Source: an uncultured bacterium
GTDB lineage: Bacteria; Actinomycetota; Acidimicrobiia; Spongiisociales; UBA5794
Assembly: GCA_963801165.1 (NCBI GenBank)
Contig: CAWDDT010000009.1
Coordinates: forward strand, 192,001 to 256,000
Direction: 5' to 3'
Length of the DNA: 64,000 bases
Shown here piece by piece: positions 16,975 through 25,737 of the stretch (its first letter is position 1; every line of letters begins with the position of its first letter). The position numbers and the translations under genes are program-made. The notes under the pieces are model-generated. The model saw only the letters and a list, made by a program, of their open reading frames with translations, was not told the DNA's origin and ran no database searches.

Positions 16975-18522
16975 ATGAAAGCCCGTTCCTTCCCACCACG
17001 ACTGAGCCCCCGGCTGTGGGTTGCACTGGTGGTCGTGCTTGCGACGGCGGTGTTTACCCCATTTCCCGGGACGACAACTCGCGCCCATGCCCTCGGCGGT
17101 CTTTGCTCGAACACGTCGACCGGGTTCGTCCCGCTGATCGACGGCATCGGCCTCTACGACGGTGGCAACGACATGCCCGCCTCCCTTGCCGGGCAGGCAC
17201 CCGAGATCAAGCCGATCAACGGCGTTATCGGCCTCGTGGTGCTGGGGATGTCGAACGGGTCTCAAGAATGGGGGGCGTTCATGGACCTGGTTGCTGCTTC
17301 GAGTGGGGTCGCCTCGGACGTCAAGCTCGCCAACGGTGCCATCGGCGGCCAGACCATGGCGGAATGGGCGGTGCCGGGCGCTCAGGTGTGGTCCGACTCC
17401 GCGTCCCGCATCCAGGACGGCGGTCTCGCGCCGAATCAGGTGGAAGTCGCTTGGATGAAGATGGGCTCGCAGCTCGGTCAGCTGGCTCCGACAGAAGGCG
17501 AGCGGACCGAGCAGGAGCGCGCCTGGCTCGAGTCGGTGATCAGCAACGCCCACGACACGTTCCCCAACCTGCAGCGTATCTATATCTCTTCACGGATCTA
17601 CGCCGGCTACGCATCGACGCCCGACCACCACGAGCCGGAGACGGGATGGGGCAACGGTCTCTCGGTCAGAGCGGTCGTGTCCGACTCCGTCGCGGGCAGC
17701 ACCGCGATCTGGACTGCATGGGGCCCGTATCTGTGGGCGGACGGTCTCACCGGGCGGAGCGACGGCCTGACCTGGGAGTGCAGCGACTTCGAGGGGGACG
17801 GCGTGCACCCCGCCGCTTCGGGTGAGCAGAAAGTGGCTTCACATCTGTGGGACTTCTTCGCCGGTGAGCCTTCCGCCTGTGAGTGGTTCCTGAGTGACTC
17901 GTCGCAATGCGGCTCCGTCGGTGGCGGCGATGGTGGTGGTGGTGGTGGTGGCGGCGGCGGCGGCGCAGGTGGTGGAGTCACCGGTCATTTCGACGACGTC
18001 CCGACTGCCAGCACGTTCTTCTCGGACATCGAATGGCTCGCCAAGAGCGGCATCACTGCGGGATGCAACCCACCCGACAACAACCTGTTCTGCCCCGACG
18101 ATCCCGTGACCCGCGGCGAGATGGCGGCGTTCATCGACAGGGCACTTGACCTGCCCGATGGTCCCGATGCCTTCGGTGACGACACGGGATCCGTGTTCGA
18201 AGGTAACATCAACGCCATTGCTCGGGCGGGGATCACAGAGGGTTGTAACCCGCCGCGCAACTCCAACTTCTGTCCCGACGATCCGGTCAGTAGGGGCGAG
18301 ATGGCCGCTTTCCTGGCACGCGCCTTTGATCTGCCACCAGGCCCCGACGTGTTCCGCGACGACGACGCTTCGGTGTTCGAGGCTGACATCGACGCGCTGG
18401 CCGCGTTGGGGATCACCTACGGCTGCAACCCTCCGGCCAACGATCGCTTCTGCCCGACGGCTTCGATCACGAGAGCGGAGATGGCCGCTTTCCTCCACCG
18501 ATCCGAGGCATACCTGCCCTAA
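16975..18522 (+). CDS. Secreted SGNH-like enzyme (paralogue of 14786-16192) with Gly linker and three SLH-like repeats
   Basis: Signal peptide ending AHA; LGMSN, NGAIGG and DGVHP; shares FPNLQ..Y.SSR.YAGY and AWGPY.WADG...RSDGL.WEC with the upstream paralogue; three GCNPP...FCP...TR.EMAAF repeats. Confidence 0.75.
   Translation: MKARSFPPRLSPRLWVALVVVLATAVFTPFPGTTTRAHALGGLCSNTSTGFVPLIDGIGLYDGGNDMPASLAGQAPEIKPINGVIGLVVLGMSNGSQEWGAFMDLVAASSGVASDVKLANGAIGGQTMAEWAVPGAQVWSDSASRIQDGGLAPNQVEVAWMKMGSQLGQLAPTEGERTEQERAWLESVISNAHDTFPNLQRIYISSRIYAGYASTPDHHEPETGWGNGLSVRAVVSDSVAGSTAIWTAWGPYLWADGLTGRSDGLTWECSDFEGDGVHPAASGEQKVASHLWDFFAGEPSACEWFLSDSSQCGSVGGGDGGGGGGGGGGGAGGGVTGHFDDVPTASTFFSDIEWLAKSGITAGCNPPDNNLFCPDDPVTRGEMAAFIDRALDLPDGPDAFGDDTGSVFEGNINAIARAGITEGCNPPRNSNFCPDDPVSRGEMAAFLARAFDLPPGPDVFRDDDASVFEADIDALAALGITYGCNPPANDRFCPTASITRAEMAAFLHRSEAYLP
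17920..17976 (+). repeat. (GGT)6(GGC)5 microsatellite encoding a poly-Gly linker
   Basis: Read directly at 17932-17964, in frame between the catalytic and SLH domains. Confidence 0.9.
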
Positions 18523-18612
18523 CACGGCAGAAACCCTTCCCGGTAGGCCGCGCTTCGTACTACTTTCCAGCGTTAGCGGGGTGGTGTTCAATCTGGGGAA
18601 GGAGGGGCAGCC

Positions 18613-20874
18613 ATGACAAGAAGGCTCCGTTCGGTCACTGTCACCGGGCTATCGCTGGCCGGTATGCTCATCGCCGCCCTCCTCGTGGCAGTGCCGGCTC
18701 CACCCGCTGCCGCGGCGGCAAGTCGGGTACTCCACGACGGTGAGAGCTTTCCCAACGGTTTCACCGTTCCGGCAGGGGAGGTCTGGGAGCTCGATCCCAA
18801 CGCCGACACCAAGGTGACCACGTCCGGCAACGTTGTCGTGCTCGGCACATTGCGGATGCGGCCGAATTCAGCAGACATCGAGCAATTCCTTCAGTTCACC
18901 AATATCGACGAATCGAAATTTGTCGGAGGTGGTTCGAGCCACAACGACACCCCGAACGACATTGGGCTCTGGGTCGAGGACGCAGGCGTTCTCGATATCT
19001 CGGGCACCCCCGTCGTTCCCTGGTCCTACGACTGGCAATCGGGCTGGTCGGCTGCAGATGACATCGTCGCCGCACCGAACACACCGGGCGACTACACGAC
19101 GTTCAGCCAGGTGGACGGACCGGGCGACGTGCCTGCACCGAATACACTCGGCTACAAGACCGAGTTGCTCAACTTGACCAGGAACGTCCGGATCGAAGGT
19201 ACACCCACCGGGCGGGCTCACGTCCTGATCCACTCGTCCTCACCGCAGACCATCCGCTACGCAGCTCTTCGCTATATGGCACCGTGGATCGGTAAACACG
19301 ACTCGGGGCGCTACGGGCTGCATTTCCACCACAACCACGATGGTTCCCGCGGGTCGGTCGTCGAGGGCGTTGTGATCCGCGATACGAACAACCACGCCTT
19401 TGTGGTCCACGCCTCGCACGGGGTGACAGTGACCAACACCATCGCCTACAACGTGACGTCCGAGGCCTACTGGTGGGACGAGTCAACCAGCGAAGCTTGC
19501 GGCGACAACACCGGATGTAACGAGACCTTCGATCTCGTGTACGACCATATCGTCGCCGCCAAGATCACTCCGAACCCGGACCGCCCTCATGAGGCTTCTG
19601 CCATTCAGCTCGGGGGTGGCGAGAACATGACCATCACCGGGGCGGTAGTCGTGGGCATGCTCGACAGCGGCCAGAACGTATCTGCATACACGTGGCCGTC
19701 GAACGACAAGGGGATCTGGAACTTCACCGACAACAAGGCGCACAACAACCAGAGCCACGGGGTCTTCGTGTGGCAGAACTCCGCCGGCGAAGATGACGAG
19801 AACCATCTGGTCGACGGTCTTACCGCCTACTACAACGCCAAATCCGGCATCAACCACGGCGCCTACGGAAACTCCTACGTGTACCGGAATCTGACCCTTC
19901 TCGAGAACGCCCAGGATCCCTCGCTCGGTGAGCAATACGACGCCGCCATCAACTCGCACGCCCTTGGGAAGAAATCCCGAACGACGACGGGCCCGGGCGC
20001 CACCGACACGCAGGAGTGGAGCGGCGTCAACACGGGCGGGGCGAGGCTGCTCATTCTCGGGCACAACACCCCCCTCGAGCACAACGTGCGTTTCATGTTC
20101 TGCGATTTCTCCGAGATCCTGTTCAACGAAGTCGGCGGCAACAACGGTGGCGGCTACGACTTTATCGAGTGTGGCCTCGACCCGACCGACTTCGATCGCA
20201 CCGGCATCCACCCCGACACCGTGATCCGGGTCCAGGACGGTGACAGTGCATACCAATTCGTCGGCACTGGCCCGGTGCAGACCATTTCACCGTTCTATGA
20301 CAACCCGCAGCCGCCCCCTCCTCCTGGTGCGGATCCCGGCTTTATCGATACGAGCGCCTCGGTGTTCCGCGCCGACATCGAGTGGCTGGCTGCCGAGGGG
20401 ATAACTCAAGGGTGCAATCCGCCCGTCAACAATATGTTCTGTCCCGACCAGTTCGTTACACGAAGCCAGATGGCTGCGTTCCTCACCCGGGCTCTCGACC
20501 TTCCCGCGGGTGCCGGCAATCCGTTCATCGACGACGATGGCAGTGTCTTCGAGGGCCCCATCGAGTCACTGCAAGCTGAGGGAATCACTCAGGGCTGCAA
20601 TCCGCCGCTCAACAATATGTTCTGTCCCGGTGATTATGTGACCAGGGGCCAGATGGCGGCGTTCCTGGGACGTGCGCTTGCTCTTCCAGCAGGGTCGGGC
20701 AATCCGTTTGTCGACGACAACGGGAATCTATTCGAGGTTGCGATCGAGTCGCTGGCGGCATCCGGGATAACCCATGGCTGCAACCCGCCGATAAACGACC
20801 GTTTCTGCCCCGACTCGTACGTGACCAGGGGCCAGATGGCGGCATTCCTGCACCGGGCTTCTCTTTACTTCTAG
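18613..20874 (+). CDS. Secreted right-handed beta-helix protein (G8/CEMIP-TMEM2/PKHD1-like) with three SLH-like repeats
   Basis: Signal peptide; LNLTRNVRIEG and RYGLHFHH...GSVVEG.VIRDTNNHAFVVHASHGV resemble the PKHD1/CEMIP beta-helix; Asn-rich PbH1-like repeats; Pro linker; three GCNPP repeats. Confidence 0.65.
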   Translation: MTRRLRSVTVTGLSLAGMLIAALLVAVPAPPAAAAASRVLHDGESFPNGFTVPAGEVWELDPNADTKVTTSGNVVVLGTLRMRPNSADIEQFLQFTNIDESKFVGGGSSHNDTPNDIGLWVEDAGVLDISGTPVVPWSYDWQSGWSAADDIVAAPNTPGDYTTFSQVDGPGDVPAPNTLGYKTELLNLTRNVRIEGTPTGRAHVLIHSSSPQTIRYAALRYMAPWIGKHDSGRYGLHFHHNHDGSRGSVVEGVVIRDTNNHAFVVHASHGVTVTNTIAYNVTSEAYWWDESTSEACGDNTGCNETFDLVYDHIVAAKITPNPDRPHEASAIQLGGGENMTITGAVVVGMLDSGQNVSAYTWPSNDKGIWNFTDNKAHNNQSHGVFVWQNSAGEDDENHLVDGLTAYYNAKSGINHGAYGNSYVYRNLTLLENAQDPSLGEQYDAAINSHALGKKSRTTTGPGATDTQEWSGVNTGGARLLILGHNTPLEHNVRFMFCDFSEILFNEVGGNNGGGYDFIECGLDPTDFDRTGIHPDTVIRVQDGDSAYQFVGTGPVQTISPFYDNPQPPPPPGADPGFIDTSASVFRADIEWLAAEGITQGCNPPVNNMFCPDQFVTRSQMAAFLTRALDLPAGAGNPFIDDDGSVFEGPIESLQAEGITQGCNPPLNNMFCPGDYVTRGQMAAFLGRALALPAGSGNPFVDDNGNLFEVAIESLAASGITHGCNPPINDRFCPDSYVTRGQMAAFLHRASLYF

Positions 20875-20896
20875 ATGCCCCCACTGCCGGGACCGG

Positions 20897-22459
20897 TCAC
20901 GCGATGTGCTGCTTGAGCAATGTTTGCCGGTCGATCTTGCCGGTGGAGGTCTTGGGGAGCACCGTTGTGACCAGTATCGCCTCGGGAACCATATATCGCT
21001 GGATCCGTGCTGCACAGAACGAAGTCAACTCCCGTTCCGTGACCTCGCCGGACACGGAGACGTAGGCGACGATCCGGTTCGAGATCATCTCGTCGGGTAT
21101 CGCAAGCGCGGCGGCCTCGACCACCCCCGGATGGGCGTTTAGCGCAGCCTCGATATCGCCGAGCTCGATGCGGTAGCCGCGGCTCTTGATCTGGTTGTCG
21201 CGGCGTCCTAGGAAGCGGTAGTTGCCGTCCGGCATTTCCTCAACGAGATCACCGGTGCGATAAACCGGATCGCCGTGATGGCGGGCGACCGGACTCGTGA
21301 TCAGCCGGGTCCTGGTTCGCTCCGGATCACCCCAATAGCCGGCCATCACGGTCGGGCCTCGTACCAGCAGCTCGCCGACCTCGCCCGGTTGGACGAGGTT
21401 GTCCCCCTCGTCGACTACGAACGTCTCGACATTGGTGATCGCATGACCTATCGAGATGGTTGGCCCGTCCTCGTCCGGTGATTCGGGCACAGAATAGGCA
21501 GTGCACACGTTTGTTTCCGTAGGCCCGTAGAGGTTGGCGAAGGCCACGTGTGGCAGCCGTTTCATGATCCGGGACAAGTACTTGGTGGGGAACACCTCTC
21601 CGGCAAATAGCATCTGCCGGAGACTGGGAAGGTCACCGACCTCGAGACCGCCCTTTTCGATCAGCATGATCAATATCGACGGCACCGAGTACCAGACCGT
21701 GATCTCGTTGGTCGTGATGAACTTGGCGACCTCGGCCGGGAAGAGTGCCGCCTTTGCCGGGACCAAATACACGGGTGCACCCGACAGCGCAGCCGAGTAC
21801 AAATCGAAGGTCGACAGGTCGAAGTGGAACGGCGCATGGCTGGAGATGCGATCCTCGCTCGTGATCGAATATTCGTCGATTGCCCACTCGACGAATGCTC
21901 TGCAGTTGAGATGCGACAGCATGACGCCTTTGGGGTCACCCGTCGATCCGGATGTGTAGAGGATGTAGGCGAGATCCTGGTCGATGATGCCCGGGTCGCG
22001 CGGTATGCCACCGGCCTCGATCCAGCTGGAGCGGTGTATGGATACGCCCGCCGCCGAGGCGGGCGTATCGGTGTCCATTGCCAGGACGTGCTCGACACCG
22101 GCCGTGCCCAGCCCCCCCCAGGCGCCGGCGCGCTTGGCGCCGCTGATGACATGGCGGATCCCGCAATTGTTGGCGATGTACTGGACCCGGGCTTCTGGGG
22201 CCGACGGATCGATCGGTACGTACGCAGCTCCCGCCTTCATAGCGCCGTAGATGCCGATGACACCCTCCGCAGCCTTAGGAAGGTAGATGCCGACGCGGTC
22301 ACCGGGTTGCACGCCCAGCTCGACCAGCCTGGCCGCTACGGCGTCGGACCTCTCGTCAAGCTCACGGTACGTGAGCTGCCGGTCCCGGTCGACGAGTGCG
22401 ATCGAGTCAGGCGCCCGTCGCGCCGAATCGCGTAGGTAGTGATGCAGGAGGTACTTCAT
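20897..22459 (-). CDS. Stand-alone amino acid adenylation enzyme, probably L-proline:carrier-protein ligase (PltF/RedM/AnaC/CloN4 type)
   Basis: Core motifs YTSGSTGDPKG, FDLS, FAGE, NLYGPTETNVC, YRTGDL, GRRDNQIKSRGYRIE and LPKTSTGKIDR. Hand-extracted specificity code D-L-F-Y-L-A-L-V-C-K. Confidence 0.85.
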   Translation of the reverse strand: MKYLLHHYLRDSARRAPDSIALVDRDRQLTYRELDERSDAVAARLVELGVQPGDRVGIYLPKAAEGVIGIYGAMKAGAAYVPIDPSAPEARVQYIANNCGIRHVISGAKRAGAWGGLGTAGVEHVLAMDTDTPASAAGVSIHRSSWIEAGGIPRDPGIIDQDLAYILYTSGSTGDPKGVMLSHLNCRAFVEWAIDEYSITSEDRISSHAPFHFDLSTFDLYSAALSGAPVYLVPAKAALFPAEVAKFITTNEITVWYSVPSILIMLIEKGGLEVGDLPSLRQMLFAGEVFPTKYLSRIMKRLPHVAFANLYGPTETNVCTAYSVPESPDEDGPTISIGHAITNVETFVVDEGDNLVQPGEVGELLVRGPTVMAGYWGDPERTRTRLITSPVARHHGDPVYRTGDLVEEMPDGNYRFLGRRDNQIKSRGYRIELGDIEAALNAHPGVVEAAALAIPDEMISNRIVAYVSVSGEVTERELTSFCAARIQRYMVPEAILVTTVLPKTSTGKIDRQTLLKQHIA

Positions 22460-22460
22460 C

Positions 22461-23606
22461 TCATAGTCCCATGTGGCGGGCGATGATGTTCTTCTGGATG
22501 TCGTTTGTGCCCGAGTAGATTCGCCCGGCAATGGCATCCCGGACGTCGCGCTCGACTTCGGTCTCGGTCATGAACCCGAGTGCGCCGTAGATCGACACCG
22601 CATCGAGGCTGGATTGCAGGAACGACTCGCTGAGCTGCTGTTTGACCATGGCGGCGTCGAGTGCCGATGTCTCGCCCTGATCGAGGACCCATCCAAGCCG
22701 GTACAGCAGCAGGCGTGAGGTCTCCAGCCTGATCTTCATGTCCACCAGGCGGTGCGAGACAGCCTGGAACTTGCCGATCGGTTCGCCGAACTGACGTCGC
22801 TCTTTCGCATACGCGACGGCCTTCTCCAACTGGCGCTCCATCGTTCCGACCGCACTGGCGAGGATGCAGCTGCGTTCCCACTCGATGGAGTGGTTGAACA
22901 CCATCATGCCGGATCCGACTCTGCCCAGCAGATTCTCCTTGGGTACCCGGCAGTCGTTGAACGCAAGCTCGGACATGGGTGAGGTCCTGAGCCCCATCTT
23001 CTTGAAGTTGACGCCAACGTCGAGACCGGGCGTCCCCTTCTCAACGATGAAGGCGCACAAGCCGGCCCAACCCTTCGACCTGTCGATGCTGGCGAAGACC
23101 ACGAACAAGTCTGCAACCGGAGCGTTGGTGATGTAGGTCTTCGAGCCGTTGAGCACGTAGACGTCTCCGTCCAGCCGTGCGGTCGTCTTCAAGCTATACG
23201 CGTCGGAGCCCGAGTCCGGCTCGGTCATCCCCTGTACCGAGATCAGCGATCCGTCGTTGAGGCCCGGCAGGTATTTCGCCTTCTGCTCCTCGGTGCCGAA
23301 GCGATGAATCGGCATGGCCCCGGACCAGATGTGGGCGTTGATCGAGAAGATGAGTCCGTTGTCGGCGCAGCCGTAACCCAGACCCTCCATGGCCAGGATG
23401 GTGGTTAACGCGTCCGCTCCCTGACCGCCGTATTCCTCGGGAAATGGAAGACCCTGGATACCAATCTTTGCCGCTTTGACCCACGCTTCCCGAGAGAACT
23501 CGCTTGCCTGGTCGCGGTCGGCGACCCGATCGTTCAGCTCTTTCTGGGCAAACTCGACTACGGCAGCCCGATACGCGAGCTGCTCTTCGGTCCAACGGAA
23601 ATCCAC
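22461..23606 (-). CDS. Acyl-CoA dehydrogenase-family L-prolyl-carrier-protein dehydrogenase (AnaB/PltE/RedW/CloN3 type)
   Basis: MDF.W...Q start, GLGYGC.DNGLIF..NAHIW, TEPDSGSD, FNHSIEWER..ILA.AVGTMER, and IYSGT instead of YEGT. Stop lies 1 nt before the A-domain ATG. Confidence 0.85.
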   Translation of the reverse strand: MDFRWTEEQLAYRAAVVEFAQKELNDRVADRDQASEFSREAWVKAAKIGIQGLPFPEEYGGQGADALTTILAMEGLGYGCADNGLIFSINAHIWSGAMPIHRFGTEEQKAKYLPGLNDGSLISVQGMTEPDSGSDAYSLKTTARLDGDVYVLNGSKTYITNAPVADLFVVFASIDRSKGWAGLCAFIVEKGTPGLDVGVNFKKMGLRTSPMSELAFNDCRVPKENLLGRVGSGMMVFNHSIEWERSCILASAVGTMERQLEKAVAYAKERRQFGEPIGKFQAVSHRLVDMKIRLETSRLLLYRLGWVLDQGETSALDAAMVKQQLSESFLQSSLDAVSIYGALGFMTETEVERDVRDAIAGRIYSGTNDIQKNIIARHMGL

Positions 23607-23749
23607 TGCGTTTCCCCCTCTCCCGGGTGCGGCGGAAGTGTAACCATGGCTGCCCAGCGCTGGGCATGAAAAAGAATCCCTAGCCCATCGGGTGGTCTGC
23701 GTGCTTGAATTGCCGAGCCAATACGGCCAAACGAGGGGAATGCTTTCAG

Positions 23750-24907
23750 TTGAGTAGCACGGGTGGGTATGCCCGCATAGTCGTCGACGAGCTCACCAAG
23801 GTGTACGAGCCGTCGCCGCTCTGGATGCGGGCGTTGGTCAGAACAAACATCAAAGAGCCGGTCCACGCGCTCAATGGAGTCAGCTTCACCGTGGGCACAG
23901 GCGAAATTGTCGCTGTTGTCGGGCCGAACGGCGCGGGGAAGACGACAACCTTCAAGATACTGGTGGGCTTGACGACACCGACAGCGGGCTCGGCCAGCGT
24001 GATGGGATTCGACTCCATAAGGGAATCAGTCGAAGTGAGACGATCGATTGGTTGGATGCCCGGCGATCATCGCAGCTTGCTGATGCGACACTCCGTCATC
24101 GAGAACCTGAGGTTCCATGGCCGATTGCAGGGCATGTCCGGGCAGCCGCTGATCCGGAAGATCCGAGAGACCCTGGAGATGGTCGGGCTGGAAAGGCGTG
24201 CTCGGAGCAACGGGTTCTCGCTGTCGGCGGGAATGCTGGCCCGGCTGCAACTCGCCAGGGCTCTCCTTCACGACCCGGAGATCCTCATTCTCGATGAGCC
24301 GACTGGTGCCGTCGACCCGGTCGCCGCGCATGACCTCATCCAGTTGATCAAAGAGATCGTTGCCGAGAGGGGTATGGCGGCGCTGATCAGCTCGCACCGT
24401 CTGGAAGAGATCGAGACTCTGGACTCGCGCGTGCTGTTGCTCGACCACGGGCGGATTCGCTACGACGGGCGTCTCGACGAACTGCGCCGTATCTGGGACA
24501 AGCCCACTCTTCAGATCGGCTTCCGTTCCACCGCCAGTGCCGACGCAGCAGCACAGACCTTGAAGGAGGCCGGTTTCGCCAGCGTGAGTCGCAAGGACGG
24601 CTCGGTGACCTTCCCCTTGGAGAGCGGAGTCTCCCATGCCGACGTGCTCGCCCGGCTGCGCGGCCAAATCGAGGATATGACCGATCTGAGCGAGTCCCAC
24701 CGACCGCTGCAGACGGTGCTCGCCGAGCTCTATCGCACCGACCCCGAGGGCAGTGAAGGCGGCGGCCCGACCGGCGCACAGCCCGGCAACAGCGGTCAGG
24801 TGTCACCGGTCTCGAGAAGGGAGCGGGCCCGACCGGCCGATCTCCGGGGCGACGAGGGCGCGGCGGATCCAGCGTCTGTAGAAGGCGGCGAGGAGGTAGA
24901 GCGATGA
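23750..24907 (+). CDS. ABC exporter ATP-binding subunit (DrrA/NodI-like)
   Basis: GPNGAGKTT, LSAG signature, ILDEPT, SSH; start uncertain (TTG 23750 or 23705). Confidence 0.9.
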   Translation: MSSTGGYARIVVDELTKVYEPSPLWMRALVRTNIKEPVHALNGVSFTVGTGEIVAVVGPNGAGKTTTFKILVGLTTPTAGSASVMGFDSIRESVEVRRSIGWMPGDHRSLLMRHSVIENLRFHGRLQGMSGQPLIRKIRETLEMVGLERRARSNGFSLSAGMLARLQLARALLHDPEILILDEPTGAVDPVAAHDLIQLIKEIVAERGMAALISSHRLEEIETLDSRVLLLDHGRIRYDGRLDELRRIWDKPTLQIGFRSTASADAAAQTLKEAGFASVSRKDGSVTFPLESGVSHADVLARLRGQIEDMTDLSESHRPLQTVLAELYRTDPEGSEGGGPTGAQPGNSGQVSPVSRRERARPADLRGDEGAADPASVEGGEEVER

Positions 24908-25737
24908 GCACCCGCAAGACACAAATGAGCACGCGTCAAGCCGTGGTCGCTACAGCCACCGCGTTCTTCCGGGTCGATGTGATCGAGGAAGCCAACTACC
25001 CGATCTCGTTTGCGATGCGTCTGCTCGGCGTGGTCGCACCGCTGATCCCGTTCTTCTTCATAAGCAAGCTCGTGGGCAACTCACCCGAGGTGGGTGGGGA
25101 CTACCTGACCTTCACCGTGATCGGTCTGGCCATGACTGCTCTTCTGACGGCCGCCATGGTCGGCTTCGGAAACACCCTCCAGCAGTCCTTCCAACGGGGA
25201 ACCATGGAGACCTTCCTGATCGAACCGGTTCCGTGGACCGCCATCCCGCTCGCGATGAACCAATGGCAGGTGATGAACGGGCTCATCTACACGGTGCTCC
25301 TGATGGGTGCCGGATGGGTCCTCGGCGCCCACTATCAGCTGGGCGGCGTCGGGGCCGCAATCCTGATCGCCCTGCTCGGAATCACAGCCGGTCTGGCGAT
25401 CGGGATCGTGTCCGCTGCGGTGCTGTTGCTGACGTTGAAGTCGACCCCGGTGATTCGGATATATGACATCGCTGCTTCGCTGCTCGCCGGGAGCCTGTTC
25501 TCGGTGGCGCAGCTTCCGGGGTGGGCCCAGGCGCTCAGTGTGGTGTTGCCGCATACCTACGTGATCAACGGGGTACGGACGGCGCTGATGGCGGACCCGG
25601 GGTCGTACGAGATCTCGTTGACCCGAGCGGTCGTTTCACTCGGGGTCTTCGATGTGGTCGTCTTCGCTTTCGGGATCTGGCTGTGGCGCCGAACCCTCGA
25701 GTACTCGAGGAAGATCGGCCTCCTGGGTGGGTACTGA
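24904..25737 (+). CDS. ABC-2 type permease (DrrB/NodJ-like)
   Basis: ATGA overlap with the ATPase; six TMs; GTMETFL..P and LPGWAQ....LPHTY motifs. Confidence 0.88.
   Translation: MSTRKTQMSTRQAVVATATAFFRVDVIEEANYPISFAMRLLGVVAPLIPFFFISKLVGNSPEVGGDYLTFTVIGLAMTALLTAAMVGFGNTLQQSFQRGTMETFLIEPVPWTAIPLAMNQWQVMNGLIYTVLLMGAGWVLGAHYQLGGVGAAILIALLGITAGLAIGIVSAAVLLLTLKSTPVIRIYDIAASLLAGSLFSVAQLPGWAQALSVVLPHTYVINGVRTALMADPGSYEISLTRAVVSLGVFDVVVFAFGIWLWRRTLEYSRKIGLLGGY

Noticed and set aside
16570-22459. dlt-type D-alanylation system (DltA + DltC)
   Set aside because: No DltB/MBOAT, the pocket residues read proline-like, and a coupled prolyl-carrier-type dehydrogenase has no role in D-alanylation.
16570-23606. 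Anatoxin, pyoluteorin, prodigiosin or aminocoumarin biosynthetic cluster
   Set aside because: Only the starter trio is present; no PKS, NRPS, halogenase, cyclase or KSIII-type transferase is in the window.
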